From assembly GCA_039190745.1 (NCBI GenBank), contig JBCCXZ010000061.1:1-19398 (forward strand): DNA of 19,398 nt. The letters run 5' to 3'. Numbering within the stretch: position 1 is the first letter of the stretch; every line of letters starts with the position of its first letter. Shown one piece after another: positions 1 through 7,251 of the stretch. Under the pieces are notes generated by a model, which worked only from the letters and a program-made list of their open reading frames with translations, made no database searches and was not told the origin of the DNA. The stretch comes from Planctomycetota bacterium. Its GTDB lineage: Bacteria > Planctomycetota > Planctomycetia > Pirellulales > Lacipirellulaceae. A program made the translations under genes and the position numbers.

Positions 1-1
1 C

Positions 2-406
2 GACGAGTTCCAGCGCAGGCGGGCGGCTGAAGAGTTCCTCGAATCGTTCGAGGTTTTTGGCCGCGGGCACTGGTACGGCACGCTCTGGTCGGAGGTGACG
101 CCTAGCCTAGAAGCGGGCGTTTGGGTACTCTTAGAAGTTGATGTCGATGGGGCACAGGAAGTGCTCTCGAAGTTCCCCCAGGCGGTCTCGATCTTCCTCC
201 GGCCCGAATCGCTGGCCGAGCTCGAAAGGCGGCTCCGGACGCGGGGCACCGAAGACGAAGACGCCGTGCGGCGTAGGCTCGCGGTCGCAGAGAAAGAACT
301 GCAGCTCGCCGACCGCTACCGGCATCAGGTCATCAACCACACCGTCCCGCAGGCCGTTGAAGAGATCTGCGGCATCCTGAACAGCGAAGGGCTATTGCAT
401 GATTGA
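2..406 (+). CDS. gmk: Guanylate kinase (5'-truncated by window edge)
   Basis: Frame is open from base 2 (DEFQRRRAAEEFLESFEVFGRGHWYGT...LLEVDVDGA...SIFLRPESLAELERRLRTRGTE...RRRLAVAEKE...VINHTVPQAVEEI). These are typical Gmk motifs, and rpoZ follows. Confidence 0.95.
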   Translation, partial: DEFQRRRAAEEFLESFEVFGRGHWYGTLWSEVTPSLEAGVWVLLEVDVDGAQEVLSKFPQAVSIFLRPESLAELERRLRTRGTEDEDAVRRRLAVAEKELQLADRYRHQVINHTVPQAVEEICGILNSEGLLHD

Positions 407-659
407 CGCATTGAAGGAAGAGGAAATCGTCAACAAGGTCGGCGGTCGGTTCAAGCTGTCGACGCTCATCCAAAAACGCTTGGCGCAAATCAACGCCGGG
501 GCGCGCCCGCTCGTCGAGATGGACACGGCCGACCAGATGGAGGTCGTTGTGCAAGAGATCCTGCAAGACAAGATCTTCCTGGACGCGGCCAACGAGGTGA
601 AAGCGGTCGAGGCCGACGAGCTGGGCGGCCCGCCGGAGTTCGACCTCTCCGCGATGTAG
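399..659 (+). CDS. rpoZ: RNA polymerase omega subunit
   Basis: 86 aa, KVGGRFKLSTLIQKRLAQINAGARPLV...VVQEI. Overlaps the gmk stop by 8 nt; canonical gmk-rpoZ-coaBC order. Confidence 0.93.
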   Translation: MIDALKEEEIVNKVGGRFKLSTLIQKRLAQINAGARPLVEMDTADQMEVVVQEILQDKIFLDAANEVKAVEADELGGPPEFDLSAM

Positions 660-747
660 ACTCTGCTAATTGGAATCTGCCGGGTAGGCGGCGGCATCGC
701 CTCCGTCATGCAGCCCCCTCCCCCGCTACCGCGATGCGGGCAACGCA

Positions 748-1290
748 ATGGCTAAGCGTGTGATCATCGGCGTCGCGGGCGGGGTCGCCGCCTACAAGGC
801 CGCCGTGCTCGTGAGCCGCCTTGCCCAAGACGGCTTGGCCGTCCAGGTGGTGATGACCGACAGCGCGCGCCGTTTCGTCGGGCCGGACACCTTCGCCGCG
901 CTCAGCGGCCGCCCGGTCGCAGGCGAGGTGTTCGACCAGCCGCGTTACCCGCTGGGGGCCCATATCGAGCTGGCCCGCGAGGCCGACCTCCTCTGCGTGG
1001 CCCCGGCCACGGCCAACTTCCTCGCGAAGGCCGCCCACGGCATCGCCGACGACCTGCTCTCGACCCTGCTGCTCAGCTTCCAGGGCCCGCTGCTGTTGGC
1101 CCCGGCGATGAACACCGAGATGTGGGAGAAGGCCGCCGTGCAGCGGAACCTGCAGCAAGTCCGCGAGGACGGGGCCCACGTCGTTGATCCCCAAGAGGGC
1201 TGGCTGAGCTGCCGCGTGAAGGGCGTCGGCCGAATGGCGGAGCCTGACGAGATCGCCCGGCGCCTGCACGAACTGCTCGGAGACGGCTAG
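748..1290 (+). CDS. coaC: Phosphopantothenoylcysteine decarboxylase (flavoprotein, stand-alone CoaC half of CoaBC)
   Basis: [47 protein letters not shown]...GVGRMAEP motifs; ends in TAG at 1288-1290. Confidence 0.93.
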   Translation: MAKRVIIGVAGGVAAYKAAVLVSRLAQDGLAVQVVMTDSARRFVGPDTFAALSGRPVAGEVFDQPRYPLGAHIELAREADLLCVAPATANFLAKAAHGIADDLLSTLLLSFQGPLLLAPAMNTEMWEKAAVQRNLQQVREDGAHVVDPQEGWLSCRVKGVGRMAEPDEIARRLHELLGDG

Positions 1291-1292
1291 CG

Positions 1293-1922
1293 GTGGCGCG
1301 GATCCTGATAACGTCCGGCCCGACGCGGCAGTACCTCGACCCGGTGCGGTACATCACGAATGCGTCCAGCGGCAAGATGGGCGCCGCGCTCGTCGACGCC
1401 GCGCTCGCCTTGGGTCACGAGGTCGAGGTCGTCACCGGGCCGGTCGACATCGAGTACGCGGCAGAAGCCCGCGTCACGCCGGTCGTGTCGACCGAAGAGA
1501 TGCTGCACGAGTCTTCCCGGCTCTTCGAGCACTGCGACGGCATGATCGGCGCCGCCGCGCCGTGCGACTACCGCCCCGTTTGCGTCGCACCGGGGAAGAT
1601 CGCCAAGACGGGCGACCCGCTCGCGCTCAACCTGATCGAAACCGACGACGTGGTCGCAACGCTAGGCGCGGTTAAGGGCGAGCGTTGGGTGGTCGGCTTC
1701 GCTCTGGAAACCGACGACCACCGGCTCCGCGCGATCGCCAAGATGGAACGCAAGTGCTGCGACTTGATGGTCTCGAACGGCGTCGCGGCTATGGATTCCG
1801 ACACGAACAGCATCGAGCTGATCGCGCCTTCGGGGGACATCCTGTGCCGCAGTGAGGGCAGCAAGCCCGCAGTCGCCCGGGCCATTCTCGATGTGATCCA
1901 CCGAGAACTGATCACTCGCTGA
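1293..1922 (+). CDS. coaB: Phosphopantothenate-cysteine ligase (stand-alone CoaB half)
   Basis: GTG start 2 nt after the coaC stop; ILITSGPTRQYLDPVRYITNASSGKMG, AAAPCDYRP, VGFALET motifs. Confidence 0.92.
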   Translation: MARILITSGPTRQYLDPVRYITNASSGKMGAALVDAALALGHEVEVVTGPVDIEYAAEARVTPVVSTEEMLHESSRLFEHCDGMIGAAAPCDYRPVCVAPGKIAKTGDPLALNLIETDDVVATLGAVKGERWVVGFALETDDHRLRAIAKMERKCCDLMVSNGVAAMDSDTNSIELIAPSGDILCRSEGSKPAVARAILDVIHRELITR

Positions 1923-1948
1923 GCCGGCCGGAGTCAGGGCGGGTCAGT

Positions 1949-2014
1949 CTCTACTTTGCCCTCTACTTTGCCGCCTGTTGGCGGAGGCTACATCGCCGCC
2001 CGTTGGCGGAGGCT
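1949..2014. repeat. Nested tandem duplications at the 3' end of the DUF2934 gene (25 bp x2 and 12 bp x2)
   Basis: actttgccgcctgttggcggaggct (1965-1989) vs acatcgccgcccgttggcggaggct (1990-2014), 22/25 identical; ctctactttgcc at 1949-1960 and 1961-1972. Confidence 0.9.
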
Positions 2015-2245
2015 GCGGAAGAAGCCGATCAAGCCCCCGACCTTGGGGGCCGCTGCCCCGTCGGAACCGCAGGCGCCCCCGGAGCACTCGGCCTCCAACT
2101 CGGCCTTGGCGGCGCGCCAATTCGCCTCGCCGTCGTCGCCGTCTGGGCAGCCCTTCGACTGCCAGATGTGGTAGGCCCGCTCGGCGATCTGATCATCGGT
2201 GACTTGGACCGAACCGCCGGGGGCGGCCGTTTTCTGATTCGACAT
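1988..2245 (-). CDS. DUF2934 domain-containing small protein
   Basis: QIAERAYHIWQSKGCPDG...NWRAAKAEL matches the DUF2934 pattern (I..RAY.iW...G.P.G...W..AE.el); strong AAGGAGG RBS upstream. Confidence 0.85.
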   Translation of the reverse strand: MSNQKTAAPGGSVQVTDDQIAERAYHIWQSKGCPDGDDGEANWRAAKAELEAECSGGACGSDGAAAPKVGGLIGFFRSLRQRAAM

Positions 2246-2308
2246 GATGGGTCCTCCTTATGCCTCCTCTCGTGACAGACGCTCCCAGAATCCCGCCCCG
2301 TGGAGTCG

Positions 2309-2338
2309 GTTATATCGCGGCTGAATCCGGCCGGACAA
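2309..2338 (-). promoter_or_regulatory. Putative sigma70 promoter for the DUF2934 gene
   Basis: Minus strand TTGTCC (2338-2333) - 18 nt - TATAAC (2314-2309). Confidence 0.5.
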
Positions 2339-2456
2339 GTGCATTCCCGTGTGCAGGCGCCCCCGGCGATCTCAAACACAACCCCCGAGCCTACAGGGTC
2401 TTTCTGGTGTCCGGCGTGCAAGGGCCCGGCCCGTAGTGTGTGCACCCGCTGCTCGC

Positions 2457-2462
2457 TATACT
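2457..2462 (+). promoter_or_regulatory. Putative -10 element for the argC-argJ-channel operon
   Basis: TATACT in GC-rich context about 48 nt upstream of the argC ATG; no convincing -35. Confidence 0.45.
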
Positions 2463-2509
2463 GCGGTGTTACCCCACCCCAACGACCCCGCCCCCCTACC
2501 CGCCAGTCG

Positions 2510-3520
2510 ATGATTCGAATCGGAATCCTTGGCGCCTCTGGCTACACCGCAAGGGAACTGCTGCGGCTTCTGCTGCGGCACCCCGAGGCGGAAGTCTGTG
2601 CGCTGACCACGCGCCAGGAAGGCTCTCCGCACGTAGGCGACGTGCACCCGGCCCTCCGGGGGCGGCTCAACCTGAGCCTCGAAAGCCTCTCCGCGGGGTC
2701 GTTGGCCGAACGTTGCGACTTCGTCTTCAGCTGCCTGCCGCACGCGGCGAGCGCTGGGACCGTCAGCCAGCTGCTGGACGCCGGCTTGAAGGTTGTCGAT
2801 TTCAGCGCCGACTACCGGCTGACCGACGCGGCCGTCTATGAGCAGTGGTACAAGGTCGAACACCCCGATAAGCCCCGATTGGGCGCCGCCCCCTACGGCC
2901 TGCCGGAGTTGTTCCGTGAGGCGATCCGCGCGGCCCCACTGGTCGCGAACCCCGGCTGCTACCCGACCGCTGCTATCCTGGGCCTCGCGCCGCTGCTGAA
3001 GGCGGGCGTCGTGTCTCCCGGCGGGATCGTGATCGACGCGAAGAGCGGGGTCACCGGCGCCGGCCGCACGGCCAAGCCCCACCTGCACTTCCCCGAGTGC
3101 AACGAAGGGGTCTCGCCCTACGGCGTCGGCAGCCACCGCCACACCCCCGAGATCGACCAAGTGCTGTCGGCCTGCTGCGGCAGCCAAACCGAGGTGGTTT
3201 TCACGCCTCACCTGATCCCCATGGACCGCGGCGAGTTGATCACCGCTTACGCCGAGCCGGCCGCGGGGACCACTACCAAAAACCTGCTCGATACCCTCCG
3301 TGCGAGCTACCGCGACGAGCCGTTCGTCCGCGTGCTCGAAGACATCCCGGGCACCAAGGGCGTCGCTCACACCAACTACTGCGACGTCTCTGCCCGCGTC
3401 GTCCGCGGCAAGGCGGTTGTCGTCGCGGCGATCGACAACCTGATCAAAGGCGCCTCTGGGGCGGCGGTTCAGAACTTTAACGTCATGCAAGGCTTCGACG
3501 AGACGACGGCCCTCGACTGA
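2510..3520 (+). CDS. argC: N-acetyl-gamma-glutamyl-phosphate reductase
   Basis: Start reassigned to ATG 2510 (MIRIGILGASGYTARE, Rossmann motif); VVDFSADYRL, catalytic ANPGCYPT, DAKSGVTGAGR, HRHTPEI, IDNLIKGASG. Confidence 0.97.
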   Translation: MIRIGILGASGYTARELLRLLLRHPEAEVCALTTRQEGSPHVGDVHPALRGRLNLSLESLSAGSLAERCDFVFSCLPHAASAGTVSQLLDAGLKVVDFSADYRLTDAAVYEQWYKVEHPDKPRLGAAPYGLPELFREAIRAAPLVANPGCYPTAAILGLAPLLKAGVVSPGGIVIDAKSGVTGAGRTAKPHLHFPECNEGVSPYGVGSHRHTPEIDQVLSACCGSQTEVVFTPHLIPMDRGELITAYAEPAAGTTTKNLLDTLRASYRDEPFVRVLEDIPGTKGVAHTNYCDVSARVVRGKAVVVAAIDNLIKGASGAAVQNFNVMQGFDETTALD

Positions 3521-3597
3521 GCGGTCTGAGCGCGACCGCGGCACGTCCGTTTGAGCGACACGAAACACAAGCAAGCTTCAACGAAGGCAACCCGATC

Positions 3598-4797
3598 GTG
3601 GAACACACCATCCCCAAAGGCTTCCGGATGGCCGGCGTCCACTCCGGCGTGAAGTCGAAGCCGGAGAAGCAGGACCTTTCGCTGTTCGTCTCCGACCGCC
3701 CTTGCGTCGCGTCCGGCGTGTTCACGCAGAACATCGTCCACGGCGCCCCGGTCCGGCTGAACCGTGAAAGGACGCCCGGCGAGAGCATCCGAGGGGTGGT
3801 GGTGAACTCCGGAGTGGCGAACGCCTGCACCGGCGAGCAGGGCTACCGGGACACGGTCGAGATGGCGCGCCTCACGGGCGAAGCGATCGGTTGCGACGCG
3901 GCGGACGTCCTGGTGATGTCCACGGGCATTATCGGAACGATGCTGCCGATGGAGAAGATTGCCGCGGGCATCCAAGACGCGTCGAAGCAACTGAGCGACA
4001 GCCCCGATGCGCTCACCGCGGCGGCCCGCGGGATGATGACCACCGACACGGTCCACAAGGTGCGGAGCAAAGAGTTCGAGGCCGACGGCGTTCAGACGCG
4101 CATCACCGGCGTCACGAAGGGCGCCGCGATGATCGGCCCCAACATGGCCACCATGCTCGGGGTCGTCATGACCGACGCGTGCCTCACGGTCGAGGACGCC
4201 GCGGAGTTGATCCGCGACGCGGCGGACGAGTCGTTCAACTGCATCAGCGTCGACGGCCACACGAGCACCAGCGACACGGTGCTCCTGCTCGCGAACGGCG
4301 CCGCGTCCTCCGGCAGCCAACCGCTCGCCGACCGGGGCCTGGCCCAGTTCCGGGCCACGCTGGTGGAGGTCTGCGAGGACCTGGCCCAATCGATCCCCGC
4401 CGACGGCGAGGGTGCTTCGCACCTGATCACAGTCGAGGTCCACGGCTGCCGCACCCGCGGCGATGCCGTCACAATCGCGCGGACCGTTGCAGACAGCCCG
4501 CTGGTGAAAACCGCCGTCGCCGGGGCCGACCCGAATTGGGGCCGGATCGTCTCGGCAGCGGGCTACGCTGGTGTACCGTTTGATCCCAAAGGCGTGTGCC
4601 TTTACCTGAACGAACACCTGCTGTACGAGCGGGGCGCCCCGGTGCCCTTCGACGAACAGGCGGTCTCCGAGTCGATCGCCCAGAACCGAGACACCTCCAT
4701 CGTGCTGCTGATCGGCGAGGGGGGCGACTCCGCCAGGTTCTGGACCACCGACCTCACCGCCGAGTACGTACGGCTCAACGCCGACTACACCACATGA
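3598..4797 (+). CDS. argJ: Ornithine acetyltransferase / glutamate N-acetyltransferase
   Basis: PKGF, NSGVANACTG, STGIIG, MTTDT, autoproteolysis motif PNMA/TML, DGEGA, SPLVKTA...DPNWGRI, DLTAEYVRLNADYTT. Confidence 0.97.
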   Translation: MEHTIPKGFRMAGVHSGVKSKPEKQDLSLFVSDRPCVASGVFTQNIVHGAPVRLNRERTPGESIRGVVVNSGVANACTGEQGYRDTVEMARLTGEAIGCDAADVLVMSTGIIGTMLPMEKIAAGIQDASKQLSDSPDALTAAARGMMTTDTVHKVRSKEFEADGVQTRITGVTKGAAMIGPNMATMLGVVMTDACLTVEDAAELIRDAADESFNCISVDGHTSTSDTVLLLANGAASSGSQPLADRGLAQFRATLVEVCEDLAQSIPADGEGASHLITVEVHGCRTRGDAVTIARTVADSPLVKTAVAGADPNWGRIVSAAGYAGVPFDPKGVCLYLNEHLLYERGAPVPFDEQAVSESIAQNRDTSIVLLIGEGGDSARFWTTDLTAEYVRLNADYTT

Positions 4798-5861
4798 GCC
4801 AAGCACTGAGCCGAGCAAGACAAGGGGCCTTGGTCTTCGGCTTTGTGTTTGTCGTCAGCACGGTTGGGTTCCACTGGATCTCCGACCGCCCTCTGCTCGA
4901 GTCGCTCTACTGGACCACGATCACGATCTCCGGCGTCGGCTACGGCCAGGAGGTCTCCGACCAGGTCGACGCCAGCCGGCAGGCGTTCTCTGTCCTGGTG
5001 ATTCTGCTCGGGATGTTCTCGCTCACTTACACCCTCGGCATGCTGATCCAGGCGATCGTCGAGGGGCAAATCGAAGAATCGTTAGGGGTAAGGCGCATGT
5101 GCCGAGAGATCGAGAAGCTGCAGAAACACACGATCGTCTGCGGCTTCGGCCGCATCGGACGGCACCTCTCGATGCGGCTGTCGACGAGCAAGTCGCCGTT
5201 CGTACTCATCGACAGCTGCCCGGAGATGCTCGCGGAAGCCAAGCAGCACGGCTACCTCGTGGTCGAGGGCAACGCGACCGACGAAGAGGCCCTCTTGAAA
5301 GCGGGCATCATGAACGCCGAGTCGGTGGTGGTCGCACTCAACCGAGACGCCGACAACGTCTACGTCACCCTTACCGCGAGCAACCTCAATAAGAACCTAC
5401 GCATCGTCGCCCGCGGCGAGCACCCCTCCACCGAGAAGAAGCTCCTCCAGGCGGGCGCCACACAGGTCGTGCTCCCCGCGGTGATCGGCGCCGAACGCAT
5501 GGCCGAGGTGATTACCCGGCCGCAGCCGTCCGAGACCCTCCGCCGGTTGGAGCACCACTCAGGCACGCAGACCGAGGTCGAGGAGTTTGCGGTCACCGAA
5601 TCGTCGGTACTCAACGGGCTCAGCCTTTCGCAGCTGCAGAACCGCCTCGAGCTCCGCTCGCTGGTGGTCGCGGTCCGCAAAGGCAGCGGCGAGGTGATCT
5701 TTAACCCGGACGACTGCTACGAACTCGAGGCCGGCGACCACGTGGTGCTGGTCGGCCCCGCCGACGAAGTGGGCGGCTTGCTCGAACGGGTGGGCTGCGA
5801 GGCAGACACCGACACAGCCGAATCGAAGGCGGAAGTCCTCGCGATGGCAGAGGCCCGCTAG
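4794..5861 (+). CDS. Two-TM potassium channel with TrkA-N (RCK) and TrkA-C domains (MthK/Kch-like)
   Basis: ATG 4794 overlaps the argJ stop (ATGA); TM1, pore helix/filter LYWTTITISGVGYG, TM2, HTIVCGFGRIG, GNATDEEALLKAGI, DADNVYVTLTA, C-terminal FNP...LEAGDHVVLVG. Confidence 0.9.
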   Translation: MSQALSRARQGALVFGFVFVVSTVGFHWISDRPLLESLYWTTITISGVGYGQEVSDQVDASRQAFSVLVILLGMFSLTYTLGMLIQAIVEGQIEESLGVRRMCREIEKLQKHTIVCGFGRIGRHLSMRLSTSKSPFVLIDSCPEMLAEAKQHGYLVVEGNATDEEALLKAGIMNAESVVVALNRDADNVYVTLTASNLNKNLRIVARGEHPSTEKKLLQAGATQVVLPAVIGAERMAEVITRPQPSETLRRLEHHSGTQTEVEEFAVTESSVLNGLSLSQLQNRLELRSLVVAVRKGSGEVIFNPDDCYELEAGDHVVLVGPADEVGGLLERVGCEADTDTAESKAEVLAMAEAR

Positions 5862-5863
5862 AA

Positions 5864-5879
5864 GGGCCTGGAAAGGCTC
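5864..5879. terminator. Small hairpin between convergent channel and cbiET genes
   Basis: gggcct-ggaa-aggctc, 6-bp stem with one GU and a GNRA loop; no U-tract, so terminator function is uncertain. Confidence 0.3.
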
Positions 5880-7146
5880 AGTCCGCTCCGTTGCCGTCGG
5901 CGGGCTTCGACGCCGCGAGCAGGAAACACGGGTTGAGCGCGTCGAGCCTGAGCCGCTCGAGTTGGTCGGTCCCCCGGGCGACGTTGACCATCCACACGCC
6001 CAGCGTGGCCGCCCGCTTCGCGAGCGTGCCCCGCACCTCGCTCAGGCCCTCGATGCTGCCGACATTCACCACCAGCCGGCCGCCGGGCGTCAATCGCTCG
6101 TAAGCGGCCTCGGCGATCCGCGAGACCTCTCGCCCGCTCCCCTCGACGAACACCGCCTCGGGGTCGGGCAGGTCGGCCCACACTTCGGGCGCCCTGCCGA
6201 GCACCGGCTTTACGTTTAGCACCCCGAACCGTTGGGCGTTTTGGCGGATGAGGTCCTCGTCCTCCGGGTCCTGCTCAATTGCGTAAACCGTGCCGCCCGG
6301 CGCGAGCAGCCCGGCCTCGACACTCACCGACCCGCTGCCGGCACCCACGTCCCACACAATGCTCCGGGCGTGCAGCGCCATCTGTGCCAGCGCGATCGAA
6401 CGCACCTCGGCCGGGGTCAGCAATCCCTGCTTCGGCACGGACTGCACAAACATCTCCTCGGGGTTGCCGAACAGGCTGCGGCGGTCGGACGTTCGGACCT
6501 GATCTGGGGCGTGGTCGTCACGGACCAGGATCATGACGTTCAGCGGGTCGAACTTCTGCTCGGCGATCTCGCCGAGGGTACCGCGGGTAACCCGCTCGTC
6601 CCGGGCGCCGAGGTTCTCGCAGACGTAGGCGGTGAAGTAGTCGATCCGGTGGTTCAGGAGCGCCACCGCCACGTCCGAAGGCGTGCAGTCTTCCGTCGTG
6701 AACAGCCCCGCCTTCTGGGCCACGCGCACCTTATCGACCACCGTGTCGAGCGAGTGGTTCGTTAGGTCGGTCAGGTAAGCTTCGTCCCAGCTCTCTTTGA
6801 CCCGGGCAAACGCGAGCTGCATGCTGCTCACGTGCGGCACGATCTCGCAGCGCTCCGGCCCCAGGCTGTCGCAGAGGTAGCGGGCCAAGCCGTAGAACAA
6901 CGGGTCGCCCGAGACGAGCACCGCAACTCGCTTGTCGCCCATCGCAGAAATGGCGTCGACCGATTCTTGCAGCACCGCGGCCAGCACATGCCGGTCCCCG
7001 GGGGCTTCTTCGACCAAGCCGAGCACACGTTCGTTGCCGGCCACAACGTCGGCGCTCAGGATAACGCTGCGGACGGCCTCGGGGACGGCGGCGAGGCCAT
7101 CGTCGCCGATGCCGATAATCGAGACGTGGGGTTCGTTCTGGAGCAT
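5878..7146 (-). CDS. cbiET: Bifunctional precorrin-6Y C5,15-methyltransferase (decarboxylating), CbiE-CbiT fusion / CobL-like
   Basis: N-terminal tetrapyrrole methylase domain (IIGIGDDG, SGDPLFYG, PHVSSMQLAFAR, VCENLG..DER); C-terminal class I SAM domain (EVRSIALAQM, VWDVGAGSGSVSVEA, GGRLVVN). Confidence 0.88.
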   Translation of the reverse strand: MLQNEPHVSIIGIGDDGLAAVPEAVRSVILSADVVAGNERVLGLVEEAPGDRHVLAAVLQESVDAISAMGDKRVAVLVSGDPLFYGLARYLCDSLGPERCEIVPHVSSMQLAFARVKESWDEAYLTDLTNHSLDTVVDKVRVAQKAGLFTTEDCTPSDVAVALLNHRIDYFTAYVCENLGARDERVTRGTLGEIAEQKFDPLNVMILVRDDHAPDQVRTSDRRSLFGNPEEMFVQSVPKQGLLTPAEVRSIALAQMALHARSIVWDVGAGSGSVSVEAGLLAPGGTVYAIEQDPEDEDLIRQNAQRFGVLNVKPVLGRAPEVWADLPDPEAVFVEGSGREVSRIAEAAYERLTPGGRLVVNVGSIEGLSEVRGTLAKRAATLGVWMVNVARGTDQLERLRLDALNPCFLLAASKPADGNGAD

Positions 7147-7192
7147 CTTCTGCGGGGCGCGCCTTCCGGCGGCAAGAGGGCCGGCAGCCTAG

Positions 7193-7225
7193 GGCCCGCG
7201 GGGGATCCGCCCCCCACGGGCCTAC
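7193..7225 (-). repeat. REP-like GC-rich palindrome with GTAG foot
   Basis: Minus strand GTAG-GCCCGTGGGGG-GCGGAT-CCCCCGCGGGCC; about 12-bp stem with one GU, in the glgX-cbiET spacer. Confidence 0.5.
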
Positions 7226-7251
7226 AGCCTACCGGTTGCCGCGGAGGGGCT

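Noticed and set aside
1949..2014. Mini-CRISPR interpretation of the 25-bp repeats
   Set aside because: Copies are directly adjacent without spacers, one lies within a CDS, and there are no cas genes.
2340..2355. TGCAT-N6-GTGCA as an ARG box upstream of argC
   Set aside because: Spacing and GC-rich centre do not fit the TGAAT-N4-ATTCA core; it is single and far from the argC -10.
2300..2509. 70-aa Cys-containing N-terminal extension of ArgC (CPAC...CTRC)
   Set aside because: ArgC homology begins at ATG 2510 and a -10 element lies within the extension; the apparent zinc-finger is likely fortuitous.
2456..4818. 372-aa and 449-aa minus-strand ORFs
   Set aside because: Antisense shadows of argC and argJ.
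7147..7251. Cobalamin riboswitch upstream of cbiET
   Set aside because: Spacer is only 105 bp and has no B12-box or GGGAA core.
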